A stretch of 64,000 nt of DNA, from NCBI GenBank assembly GCA_048013815.1, contig CM106585.1:9052001-9116000 (forward strand). The letters are read 5' to 3'. The stretch is from Setoptus koraiensis (taxonomy: Eukaryota; Animalia; Arthropoda). The notes under the pieces are model-generated. The model was not told the DNA's origin and did not search any database. It saw nothing but the letters and a program-made list of their open reading frames with translations. Position 1 is the stretch's first letter. Each line of letters begins with the position of its first letter. This document shows, piece after piece, positions 41,617 to 51,397 of this stretch. The translations under genes and the position numbers were made by a program.

Positions 41617-43522
41617 CGTTATGCTAATGATGATGAACTATCTTGAGCCCATTACATAACTAAAATGTCATCTCGTCAATCTCAAGACTGGTGGCTGTCG
41701 CAAGTTGCAACAGTTGTATTGTACACTACAACAATACAATACAAGTTTGCTCATACTCATAATGTGTAACCTGATACTACCTGACCTGACTTACTCACGA
41801 TGCTGCCACTCGTCAATTAGCCAAAAATAAGTGACGAGCAGCGCTTTGTTGTTGTTTGTTTGTCAACTGTCATCGTGTTGCATCTGCAGGATGCCACCCA
41901 AATGTGACCATAAAGAGGCCGTAATTATCATCATGTTTATAACTAGCACCCTACCTCCGCCCACCCTCTCCACTTACCTTGGCCAGACCGACACAACAGG
42001 GAGAGTGAACGACAAACAAGCATGATAATGCTCACATAATACGCAGGGTTAGTGACTTCTGTCTAATTAATTACTACCTTGATGAAACTGACACGCAATA
42101 GGTGGAAGCATTTTAGAGACATTCTAATTAGGCACACTGGCTGCTCTGTTCTGTTCTTTTTTTATATCTTTATGAATTGTTATTGTGGCTGTTGTTTGTT
42201 CATTCGGCGACTGCTGAAGAGAAGAGAAAACAAAAACTGGTTCATGATTATGTAATCATAGTAATGGTCGCGCCACTTTATGCTAATTTGTTTTTTGCTC
42301 TCTCTCTCTCTCTCCCTCTCTGTCTCCCGCTCTCTTTCTCTGTTTCCAATTTTGCTCCTGATTACTTTGCTAGCTCCCTTGTTAGTTCACATCATTGCAC
42401 AAACTCGTATAGTCAACACACTGGCGAGTTGAACCGGCAACTGTCAGTTGAGAGATATCATTGCTCGCTGTTCGGTAGGTGCACTCACAATTTTTTTTAT
42501 TTACAATTGCCCACTATGATTGATATTTCAATTCTCAATTAGTGCCAAACTGTAACAGCAACAGTTTAATTTCAAACCTAAATCACGCTTTAATCTAGCT
42601 CCAACTGTTGACTTTGCGCTCACTTCAACACAACTATTAGGTTCTGCTGTTGGTGCCCAGTATAATGGCCCGATGATGGAATTGCTCAAATAAATAAACT
42701 TATTTATATTAACTTGCCAGGGTGACATGCAATTTAAATGTTGCTATTGTCACTGCGCTTTTTTTTCTTGTTTGTTTGCAGTTTGTTCAACTAAACTACC
42801 AACTTTTGTCTCTTTTTTTCAAGTCTCACTCCACTCCACAAATATACAGGTTCTTGCAGTTAATTAATGGATTACGACGGCTGCTAGTCAAAGTCGGACC
42901 AACGAGTTGAATGCAATTGTATCATATATAAATATATATATTAGACTCGAAATAGAACCAGATGCTTTTGATAGAGGAGACAACAACAACACACTTTTGA
43001 GTTGAGATTTTTCACCACCATTTAACATATTATGTAGTAATGAGATATAATTATTACTTAATGATCAGCGTTGTTTATCTGCATACGTTTCTTGCTTGGC
43101 GTTACGTAATTACGTATTTGCTAAGAGTCTATGCATTAACCTTCTACAAAGATACTTTTTTCTTCCTTTCGTCATGCACTGTAGCGCCACCTCTGTGAGA
43201 AAAACTACCACCATTATGGTTGATTTTTGTTGACTAGACGCTTCTGAATTGTTATCATTTGTTTCTCTTTGTCACTGTAATTAATACAAATAGACAAGTT
43301 GTATTGTTTGTCCTATTATACACATTATCAGTGTCTCTATTTGGTGTCCACCTGTAAATCCACTTCTTCGCTCGTATTCACATGTCAAGTCCCTTACAAG
43401 TAAGCATACTTGTTATCGTGCATTCGATATTTTCTTGATTTGTTGCTCGACAATACAATTCCAACCATTTAGCAGAGCGACTATCTTTACAATACTGAGA
43501 CGCAAATCCAATTTAGGTGTTT

Positions 43523-44081
43523 ACCAACATAATTAGAAGTAGATTACATGTGTATAGCAGCAATATACCAATTTTGTCTAATGCTGGAATACCGTCTGTA
43601 TAAGTTCATTAAGTGAGTTGGCGAATCATGAACCGGAACACAGACGAATTTTACAGAGGTTTTTCGTCTTTCTCCTGGTTGCGTGACACAACTTGAGTCA
43701 ACGAACAACTACAGCAACAATTAGAACATTATTATTAATTATCATTGTTTTTCTATTATCACAATTAACTATTATTGTACAAACAATACTGACTTTAAAT
43801 TATTTGTCACGATGGCTTTACCTGTTGGCAAAAATGATTGATGATGTGCAGATGAGATATTGACCAGTCTACAATGCATGACAGCCACTTCGCACAGCAC
43901 CGTCATAATTGTTTAGTTCGTCGTATCGACACGATTCGAGCAGGTAACATGCACTCCTGACGACCCAACTAAATATCCAAAAATCCAAGCAGGATTTACA
44001 AAAATACACAACTCCTTACAAAGCGACAATTTCCAAATAATGCTCACCATAGCAGATCAATCGGTCTTTGTTATGATGCAT
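43523..44081. repeat. Dispersed ~560-bp duplicated element, copy 2
   Basis: See copy 1. Lies at the left edge of the gene-dense block, about 250 bp from the stop codon of RPLP0 copy A. Confidence 0.95.
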
Positions 44082-44328
44082 TGTAGATTTTAACTGATGT
44101 TACTTTCTCTAGACTAGACCATTAATCATAGCAGATCTCTAACTAGGCAACTGGTGACCAAAGCCAATAATAAATTGGACCGATTCTTTAGGCCCATCAA
44201 CAGTCGATGAGAATTATAGAAATACACAACTTAGGGGAATGAATATGCATATATCAGACTCAGGTCTAGATGTAGATTTTTAATAACTTATACTGTACTT
44301 CAGCATACAGAAAGAAATCGATTATAAA

Positions 44329-45273
44329 TTAACCAAATAGATCGAATCCCATATCTTCATCATCTGACTCTTCAGGCTCCTCTTTCTTTTCCTCTTTCTT
44401 CTCCTCCTTAGCGGCACCCGAAGCAGCGGCCACCGGGGCTGCTGAGGCAAACTTAGATGGGTCTTTGATGTATTCCTTGGCTCGCTCGGCCTCCTTGAAT
44501 GTTACCTCTGTCTCTACGGCGACAGCCATCAAGTTCTTGAGACCGTCTACAACCATGTGAGCAACAGAAGCAGCGTTCGGATAACTGATCGCCATAGATA
44601 CGGATGCTACATTTCTAATTCCCTCCGAGAAGCGTGACCTAAGCAATTCAGGGGTTATGTCCAGAACTTCGGGACCGTAAGTTGAGCCGTGGTCGTAGAT
44701 TTGTCGGATGACCAAACCGTAACTGAATGGCGAGATACCCAACATGTTCAACAACGCAGCTTCGCTGGCTCCTACTTTGTCACCCTGGTTGATCAAATGA
44801 ATCTCGTTCAATATTTCAATTGTTCCCTTGGAAATCTTAGTTGGGATTGACAAGGCTTGAAAGAAAGATGTCTTCTCTGGACCCAAACCAGTGTTTTGAG
44901 GCGGAAGCTTGACATCGCACGGAGCGACTGCTCCAGCACGAGCTGGGGCAGAGACTCTGTTCTCCAAGATACGATCCCTAATATCAGTAAGCTCGTTGGT
45001 GGTAAAGACAAATCCAACATTGCCACGGACATGATTCAACAATTTCTCTAATGACGGATTGTCCTGGAGATGTCCACGAATGGCTTTCCTAATCATGGTA
45101 TTCTTTCCCATGAGAACGACTGCCTGTTTCCTCAGAGACTGACGAATTTGTTGCATCTGGCGGGAGCCGACATTGTCGACACCAACGATGAAACATTTTG
45201 GGTAGTCATCCAGGTTCTTGAGGAGATTAGTAAAGTAGGTGGCTTTCCATGTTCCTCTGTCCTCCCTGACCAT
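44329..45273 (-). CDS. RPLP0: 60S acidic ribosomal protein P0 (uL10), tandem copy A, intronless CDS, 314 aa
   Basis: Translation [14 protein letters not shown]...[17 protein letters not shown]...[17 protein letters not shown]...GNVGFVFT...[10 protein letters not shown]...[27 protein letters not shown], with an Ala-rich hinge and acidic tail [14 protein letters not shown]. These are hallmark uL10/P0 motifs. Confidence 0.99.
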   Translation of the reverse strand: MVREDRGTWKATYFTNLLKNLDDYPKCFIVGVDNVGSRQMQQIRQSLRKQAVVLMGKNTMIRKAIRGHLQDNPSLEKLLNHVRGNVGFVFTTNELTDIRDRILENRVSAPARAGAVAPCDVKLPPQNTGLGPEKTSFFQALSIPTKISKGTIEILNEIHLINQGDKVGASEAALLNMLGISPFSYGLVIRQIYDHGSTYGPEVLDITPELLRSRFSEGIRNVASVSMAISYPNAASVAHMVVDGLKNLMAVAVETEVTFKEAERAKEYIKDPSKFASAAPVAAASGAAKEEKKEEKKEEPEESDDEDMGFDLFG

Positions 45274-45455
45274 CTTGAAAGTGATACAAGGATATTTTTG
45301 CTTTTAAGGACTAAATAAGGCTGAGTTAAGTTATGCTGTTAATTGTGGGGAATTCCTGAGGGAACTGAATGATTGTAATAATATTTGATAATCGTTTTCT
45401 AGTCAAACCATATCCACAAAAATAGAAGTGAAATCAAGCCGCGGCTACAGGTTCG

Positions 45456-45506
45456 AGTGACAAGAGAGCGCATCGACGGAAACGAACACACGTTTCTGCC
45501 AGAATG
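45456..45506 (-). promoter_or_regulatory. Conserved core promoter / TSS block of RPLP0 copy A (pyrimidine-rich, TCT-like initiator)
   Basis: The ~50-bp block GAGTGACAAGAGAGCGCATCGACGGAAACGAACACACGTTTCTGCCAGAAT is identical upstream of both copies (the other at ~46850-46900) while neighbouring non-coding DNA has diverged. The minus strand reads ...GTTTCCGTCGATGCGCTCTCTTGTC..., resembling ribosomal-protein TCT initiators. A possible ~98-nt 5'UTR intron lies at 45311-45408. Confidence 0.5.
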
Positions 45507-45724
45507 CGGCTGGAGTGTGGCTCTGTGGCGCGAGTTTCAAAACAAAAAAAAAATGCAGAGACAAAATTGATCATGCTTGTTGGAAAGAATTGGGATAGTT
45601 TGACCCAGAAAAAGTTAAAACGAGTCATCAATAATTCGAAAGTTCTTTAGGTTAGATTTAGGTATAGATTTTATTAACTATTTAGTATTCTAGTTGTTTA
45701 GAGTACAAAAACATCAACGTTGAA

Positions 45725-46669
45725 TTAACCAAACAGATCGAATCCCATATCTTCATCATCTGACTCTTCAGGCTCCTCTTTCTTTTCCTCCTTTTTCTCC
45801 TCCTTAGCGGCACCCGAAGCAGCAGCCACCGGGGCTGCTGAGGCAAACTTAGATGGGTCTTTGATGTATTCCTTGGCTCGCTCGGCCTCCTTGAATGTTA
45901 CTTCTGTCTCTACGGCGACAGCCATCAAGTTCTTGAGACCGTCTACAACCATGTGAGCAACAGAAGCAGCGTTCGGATAACTGATCGCCATAGATACGGA
46001 TGCTACATTTCTAATTCCCTCCGAGAAGCGTGACCTAAGCAATTCAGGGGTTATGTCCAGAACTTCGGGACCGTAAGTTGAGCCGTGGTCGTAGATTTGT
46101 CGGATGACCAAACCGTAACTGAATGGCGAGATACCCAACATGTTCAACAACGCAGCTTCGCTGGCTCCTACTTTGTCACCCTGGTTGATCAAATGAATCT
46201 CGTTCAATATTTCAATTGTTCCCTTGGAAATCTTAGTTGGGATTGACAAGGCTTGAAAGAAAGATGTCTTCTCTGGACCCAAACCAGTGTTTTGAGGCGG
46301 AAGCTTGACATCGCACGGAGCGACTGCTCCAGCACGAGCTGGGGCAGAGACTCTGTTCTCCAAGATACGATCCCTAATATCAGTAAGCTCGTTGGTGGTA
46401 AAGACAAATCCAACATTGCCACGGACATGATTCAACAATTTCTCTAATGACGGATTGTCCTGGAGATGTCCACGAATGGCTTTCCTAATCATGGTATTCT
46501 TTCCCATGAGAACGACTGCCTGTTTCCTCAGAGACTGACGAATTTGTTGCATCTGGCGGGAGCCGACATTGTCGACACCAACGATGAAACATTTTGGGTA
46601 GTCATCCAAGTTCTTAAGGAGATTAGTAAAGTAGGTGGCTTTCCATGTTCCTCTGTCCTCCCTGACCAT
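45725..46669 (-). CDS. RPLP0: 60S acidic ribosomal protein P0 (uL10), tandem copy B, protein identical to copy A
   Basis: Same 314-aa translation as 44329-45273, offset by 1396 bp. The nucleotide differences I could find are all synonymous. Confidence 0.99.
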   Translation of the reverse strand: MVREDRGTWKATYFTNLLKNLDDYPKCFIVGVDNVGSRQMQQIRQSLRKQAVVLMGKNTMIRKAIRGHLQDNPSLEKLLNHVRGNVGFVFTTNELTDIRDRILENRVSAPARAGAVAPCDVKLPPQNTGLGPEKTSFFQALSIPTKISKGTIEILNEIHLINQGDKVGASEAALLNMLGISPFSYGLVIRQIYDHGSTYGPEVLDITPELLRSRFSEGIRNVASVSMAISYPNAASVAHMVVDGLKNLMAVAVETEVTFKEAERAKEYIKDPSKFASAAPVAAASGAAKEEKKEEKKEEPEESDDEDMGFDLFG

Positions 46670-46849
46670 CTTGAAAGTGATACAAGGATATATTGGCTTT
46701 TAAGGACTAAATAAGGCTAATTTAAGTTATGTTGATAATTGTGGGGAATTTCTGAAGGAACTAAGTGGCTGTAAAAATAGTTGATAACCGCTTTCTAGTC
46801 AAACCATATCCACAAAATAGAAATGAAATTAAGCCGCTGCTACAAGTTT

Positions 46850-46900
46850 GAGTGACAAGAGAGCGCATCGACGGAAACGAACACACGTTTCTGCCAGAAT
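46850..46900 (-). promoter_or_regulatory. Conserved core promoter / TSS block of RPLP0 copy B
   Basis: Identical to the block at ~45456-45506 and at the same position relative to the ATG. Confidence 0.5.
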
Positions 46901-47672
46901 TCGACCGGAGTTTGGCGCGAGCTTTGAACTAATTTTTTTTCCATGTTGCGCATGCGTGGAAAGTTGCACTGCCAAAGCAGTACTAATGTATGTTTGTCCA
47001 ACTGGCTGTAAAGCTAGCTTGCTCAAGCTGTCTCGCTTTTTTAATCATATGTAGAGAGCAGTGAGAGATATTTCCATTGCCCCCGGACCCTCTTACAAAA
47101 AAATCCGCCAGAAGCGCTGGCATCGCCCAAAAATGAACATCCAGGCAGTTTCAATATGTTTTTTTTTGCTTGCCTCACACACAATCTTCTAGTAGAAAGC
47201 TTAGCAGCGACAGCCTGTCAGATAGTCTTATAAGCGAGTCCAAGAACATCGGGAAAAACTTTTGCTGTACAGCGTTCACCATATGAGTCTCCGCTTATGC
47301 ATAGAAATATAGTTCACGTGAAATCTGGTAGAGGCGCTCATTACGCAAGAAAAGCACACAGCAAACTTGACGTTTCATCAAATCTTGCGACTCCTTCGAT
47401 TGATTCTCTCTAGAGCGTAAAACAAGTTAGAAGCAACCCTAGGAAATGAGCACTGAACGATCTAGACATGACAATCTATTACTGTGTAATTATTACATGT
47501 AGGATTGCGAGAGCAACTTCTTCGCTTGCTGGTTCTGCCGTTGCGATCGGCGCTCGGCAGACATCGAGAGAAGTGCAAATCATTTGCAGTGCGCCATAAG
47601 CAACAAATAACTGCGACTAGCGCTACATGACAGTAATGGCTTTGATATCACTGTTGTGCCGTGTGAAATTAC

Positions 47673-47897
47673 GTCAATGCTTGTGGCTGCAGTTCGAGAA
47701 AAAGGCGCGAGGGGCGCTCGTATCAGCATAAAAATGCATCAAAAAGGCCGAAGTGTCTCGATAAACGTTACGTTTCCTCTTCTTTTTTTCTTGTTGATTC
47801 GTTTCTCGGTCGCTCATTCGATCTCTCTTGCACAACATACTCGCCCAAAGAGCGACCTCGAACGGTTTTTTCTTGAACTGCAGCCACAAGTATAGAC
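47673..47897. other. Fold-back element: 31-bp imperfect inverted repeats (47673-47703 / 47867-47897), MITE-like or structured RNA
   Basis: GTCAATGCTTGTGGCTGCAGTTCGAGAAAAA pairs with TTTTTCTTGAACTGCAGCCACAAGTATAGAC at 28/31 positions. Inner pairing CGAGG..CGCTC / GAGCG.CCTCG extends the stem. Confidence 0.75.
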
Positions 47898-49126
47898 AAT
47901 ACTACGCACGGTACTGCGCCATATATTGCGTTAGGTGTCCCAGTAGAGCACACATTCAAGCTAGAGAGCTGAAGCCCACAAGGGTAAAAGTTGGCGTATC
48001 TAAATTTTGAAAATCAAACCCCGACAGAAGCTGGCCGACATTCAGCTTGACGGACAGACATATATTTAAATAAAAGTATTAATCTTATGGTCACTATTGC
48101 CACTGTAGATGTTGTTGATTCGATGGAGAAGTTGTTTTCATTGTCACCATAACCACTGTTTAGATAGCTTCTCTTACCTATTTACTATATTTTTGTGAGG
48201 CTTCCCCTGGATGGCGCCATAGGAACCCTGTGAGATGTATATGTACCATTTATTTGTGTATTGTGCCATCAGCGGGATTAGTGGTTGGCCGGGGTGGTCG
48301 GCCGGGGCGGTGCAGCCATCAGGGGCCCTCCACCAATAACAATAACGTTCACTGGCTATTACGCTGCGCTGTTTTATGTCGCGATGCGCACTAGTTCTTG
48401 GTTTTTCCTGAAGGAGTCGCACTAGTTGCTTACGGCACCATCGAATGTTGGAACACAGAAGCTCCCTCTAGCCATCACCTGAACACTAGTGTGACTGCTG
48501 CATAAATAAACAGAGAGACTCGGGCGGCCGGAGGATCTTGCGTTTTTGTCTGCGCACAACTGTGCACGAGTTTATGGATGATCTAGATTGTATTCGACGA
48601 TTCATTCATTCATCAGCAGTAGCAGTAGCAGTACTGTCGTAGTGTTAGCTGATGAACATTTTACTGTAATGTGCACAGTTGCGCCGCACAAGGGAAAAGC
48701 ACATGATTCGTTCCCCTCGAGCGATCCATTATTGCAGCGATTGTAACTAAACTCAGGTTAACAGTTACAGTTACACTGTAACTATTTGCGAGCGCACACA
48801 ATTCCAGCACAGACACAATTCAATGTACAGGTTGTGCGGATTGTACGCTTAATCAATGCATCAATTTCTGACTTGTGCCTAATTGTGATTACTTGGCTGC
48901 TCAAACGCACTGGTAAACAACATGTAGAATTTTTAAAAATGTGCTGCACAGTATTGCATTAATGCAGTGTGAAAGGCAGCGTAGGCTTTGTTAGGGTTGC
49001 GCTAAGGTTTTACTGAACAAACCAATATGTAAGTATATTTGTTTATTTGGATGTGTATACCTACATGTTATTAATAATATTATTATTGTCCGATTACATC
49101 AAATATATATTATTACGACGACTATT

Positions 49127-50560
49127 ATGACGACGTCAACTGAAAAGTTATTTCCTGAGATAAAACGTGTAGACCACGAAGATGAAACTTCAAAGATAAT
49201 AAGCAACGTTCTTGGTGATTATCAGCCGTCATTGATTAGCGAAAGTAAGGATCTAATTAATATATCCAAGGCTCAAATGCACAAAATTAGGATACAAAGT
49301 ATATTCTCAGAATTCATTAACTTAACAGAAGACTTCCTAGGAACTTTGGACGATGTATACGATGGTATGGATGAAGATGATGTTGATATGAGTGGTCCAA
49401 ATCATCACCAATCTAATGATGATGCCAGCAGCAGTAGTAGTAGCAGCAGCAGCAGTAGTAGTGGAAGCAGTAGTAGCGGAAGTAGCAGCGGCAGTGATAG
49501 TGACGAAGAAAAAATTACCGATAGTCACATAGATGAGGAACCTAGGTCATGGAATTTGGAGCAATTTATGGTGCAAGCCACAGCCTCAGCTACGGCGGCC
49601 TCGGCGGCAGCAGCAGCCTCAGTAGCAGCACCACCAGCTGCAGTCACAATACCAGTTACAACAATAACCCCAACCATAGCCACGGCCACAATCACAACTA
49701 CAGCTCCTTCAGCACCATTCCCACCGCCCGTTTTGCCATCTACTCCTGTGCCTCAGAAGGATGACCTCATGATAGCCATAGATCTGAAAAAACTAAAAAG
49801 AGTACCTCGCCTATCTCAGATCTCCACGAATACTTCAAACAATACTAATGCTTCTATCTCAACCAACATTACAAATACTACACCTACACCTACTCCGCCA
49901 CCCCCAAATCCACCTTCGAATCCATCCACGACAAGTTCTTCTCATACTAATTCTGGCCATTTTACGACTGCCAAGGCTATCAAACACGATGCCGATGGTG
50001 AAAGAGATAGAACGAAGCAAGCCACAAAATATCTTACATCCGCCATGTATTTCCTCATGTATGCTCATGAAGTTGAATCAGCGGATGGTAGCAGTAGTAG
50101 CCCCGCAGTACCACTATATGCGAGCACTGTTGGGCTGATAAAACATGTGATAAAGTCGACTAGGGATGATAATTCTACAACAAGTCAAAAACTGCACACT
50201 CTCGCTTGTCGTTGTCTCAGTCTCTTATATTTGAGGATTTACAGAATTAGGAACCAGGGAAGCACTGAAAGAGATATCCGTTTAATACAGTCACAGCCAA
50301 AACTAGAGCCAGATCATAATAGTCTTACATTTGCAATCAAATGTCAAGTGATGATGGCCTACCAAAGACAACTTGCAATAATGGAGAATCTTCGAGGAGC
50401 TTACGATTACTGGTCGAAGGCTGATGCGATGTGCGACAAGAATCCAGCAGTCAGGATATTCTTTAGTACTTTAGATACAAATGTTGCCCCTCTGACAATG
50501 ATAATGCCATTTGGTAAGGTGATGGAATATATTAGATTTGCTTTAGATTTCTTGCACTAG
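49127..50560 (+). CDS. lilli: AF4/FMR2 family member (lilliputian/AFF), super elongation complex scaffold, 477 aa, single exon
   Basis: N-terminal LFPEIKRV..D..SKIISNVLGDY matches the AFF N-terminal homology motif. It is followed by a Ser-rich tract and DLMIAIDLKKLKRVP (similar to the AFF AF9/ENL-binding LMVKITLDLLSRIP). The C-terminal homology domain reads AKAIKHDADGERDRTKQATKYLTSAMYFL...LACRCLSLLYLRIYRIR...YDYWSKAD. Confidence 0.9.
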   Translation: MTTSTEKLFPEIKRVDHEDETSKIISNVLGDYQPSLISESKDLINISKAQMHKIRIQSIFSEFINLTEDFLGTLDDVYDGMDEDDVDMSGPNHHQSNDDASSSSSSSSSSSSGSSSSGSSSGSDSDEEKITDSHIDEEPRSWNLEQFMVQATASATAASAAAAASVAAPPAAVTIPVTTITPTIATATITTTAPSAPFPPPVLPSTPVPQKDDLMIAIDLKKLKRVPRLSQISTNTSNNTNASISTNITNTTPTPTPPPPNPPSNPSTTSSSHTNSGHFTTAKAIKHDADGERDRTKQATKYLTSAMYFLMYAHEVESADGSSSSPAVPLYASTVGLIKHVIKSTRDDNSTTSQKLHTLACRCLSLLYLRIYRIRNQGSTERDIRLIQSQPKLEPDHNSLTFAIKCQVMMAYQRQLAIMENLRGAYDYWSKADAMCDKNPAVRIFFSTLDTNVAPLTMIMPFGKVMEYIRFALDFLH

Positions 50561-51397
50561 ACTAAATGGCACCCAGAAAGACAAAGTTGCGATTATTTGA
50601 TGCAATGTTTGCTGCAATGTTAACTTATCTAAATACCAGCTGAATCGTCTGTTGCATAGATTTGAATGGTACCAACATTTATCATGACGGAAGTAAGAAA
50701 CCATCGTGCTTTTACAAATATGGCCAGGTCTTGGCGCTTCTTCCAAGGCACATTTCTGCCTAAAAAAAAAACAATCTTCCCTAATATAAAGAAATATTAA
50801 ATATATAAGAAATACTATATCAACTGTTTAAAAATTGTTGTAATACGACCTGTATATATCTACCTGTTGCATCTGTTACGATGTATTTTTCGCATCCATA
50901 CTCGCAATCGCCGACTTGTATTAATAAGGGACTAAATTTACTGTTACTACATGTCTCCGACGCTCTGAAACATTTTAACGGCAAGATACCAAGTCAAATC
51001 GATACTTGAAGCACATTGTTGAACATGCTTCGATAGAATAGAAGATAATCAAGATAATAAGAATCTTTTTTTCGCTTTTGAAGTAGTTCATGTCTGCTAA
51101 ATATTTTGCCGAACACTTTCTTTTTACAAATTTTTACTTGTTTATATTTTAGATTTCTCTAGATGGATATAGTCTGGAACGCGTCTGTATTCTGAATTTT
51201 CTAATCTGGCAGAAGTTTGCATTGGATGGAGAGATTCTTCATTCTTATTCTACTAGACTAGGCGGTCAGATTACGCAATGACCGAAGTTTTCAGAAAAGG
51301 TTACGTATTTCGAATTTTGCACACCAACTGAGAGAGCGGTGCGAAGATCTTTATTGTTGTTTATTACATGGGGCATTCAAAATGTAGATTGTAAAAA

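Noticed and set aside
42380-42720. Protein-like short frames at the transition zone (e.g. ORF 42528-42728)
   Set aside because: No consistent exon phase and no homology recognised.
19-43100. The many 60-350 aa ORFs in the ORF track (poly-Q/C/V/T/N, e.g. 6851-7903, 7074-7565, 16974-17495, 27323-27898, 32143-32721)
   Set aside because: They are read-throughs of stop-free trinucleotide repeats or GC-rich DNA, open in several overlapping frames on both strands, with no recognisable domain.
1-43100. Search by eye for conserved miRNAs (let-7, miR-100, bantam, miR-10/993, iab-4 etc.), snRNAs, tRNAs and homeobox exons
   Set aside because: No convincing match; only partial words such as CCTGTAGAGA at ~38690. 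A manual scan can miss these, so Infernal, tRNAscan or BLAST is needed.
44329-46669. RPLP0 duplication as a simple heterozygous assembly artefact
   Set aside because: Disfavoured because the flanks are far more diverged than the CDS and the differences are purely synonymous, but not excluded without reads.
46940-48480. Short ORFs and splice-like sites between RPLP0-B and lilli
   Set aside because: All are under 85 aa with no known motif; more likely promoter or UTR sequence.
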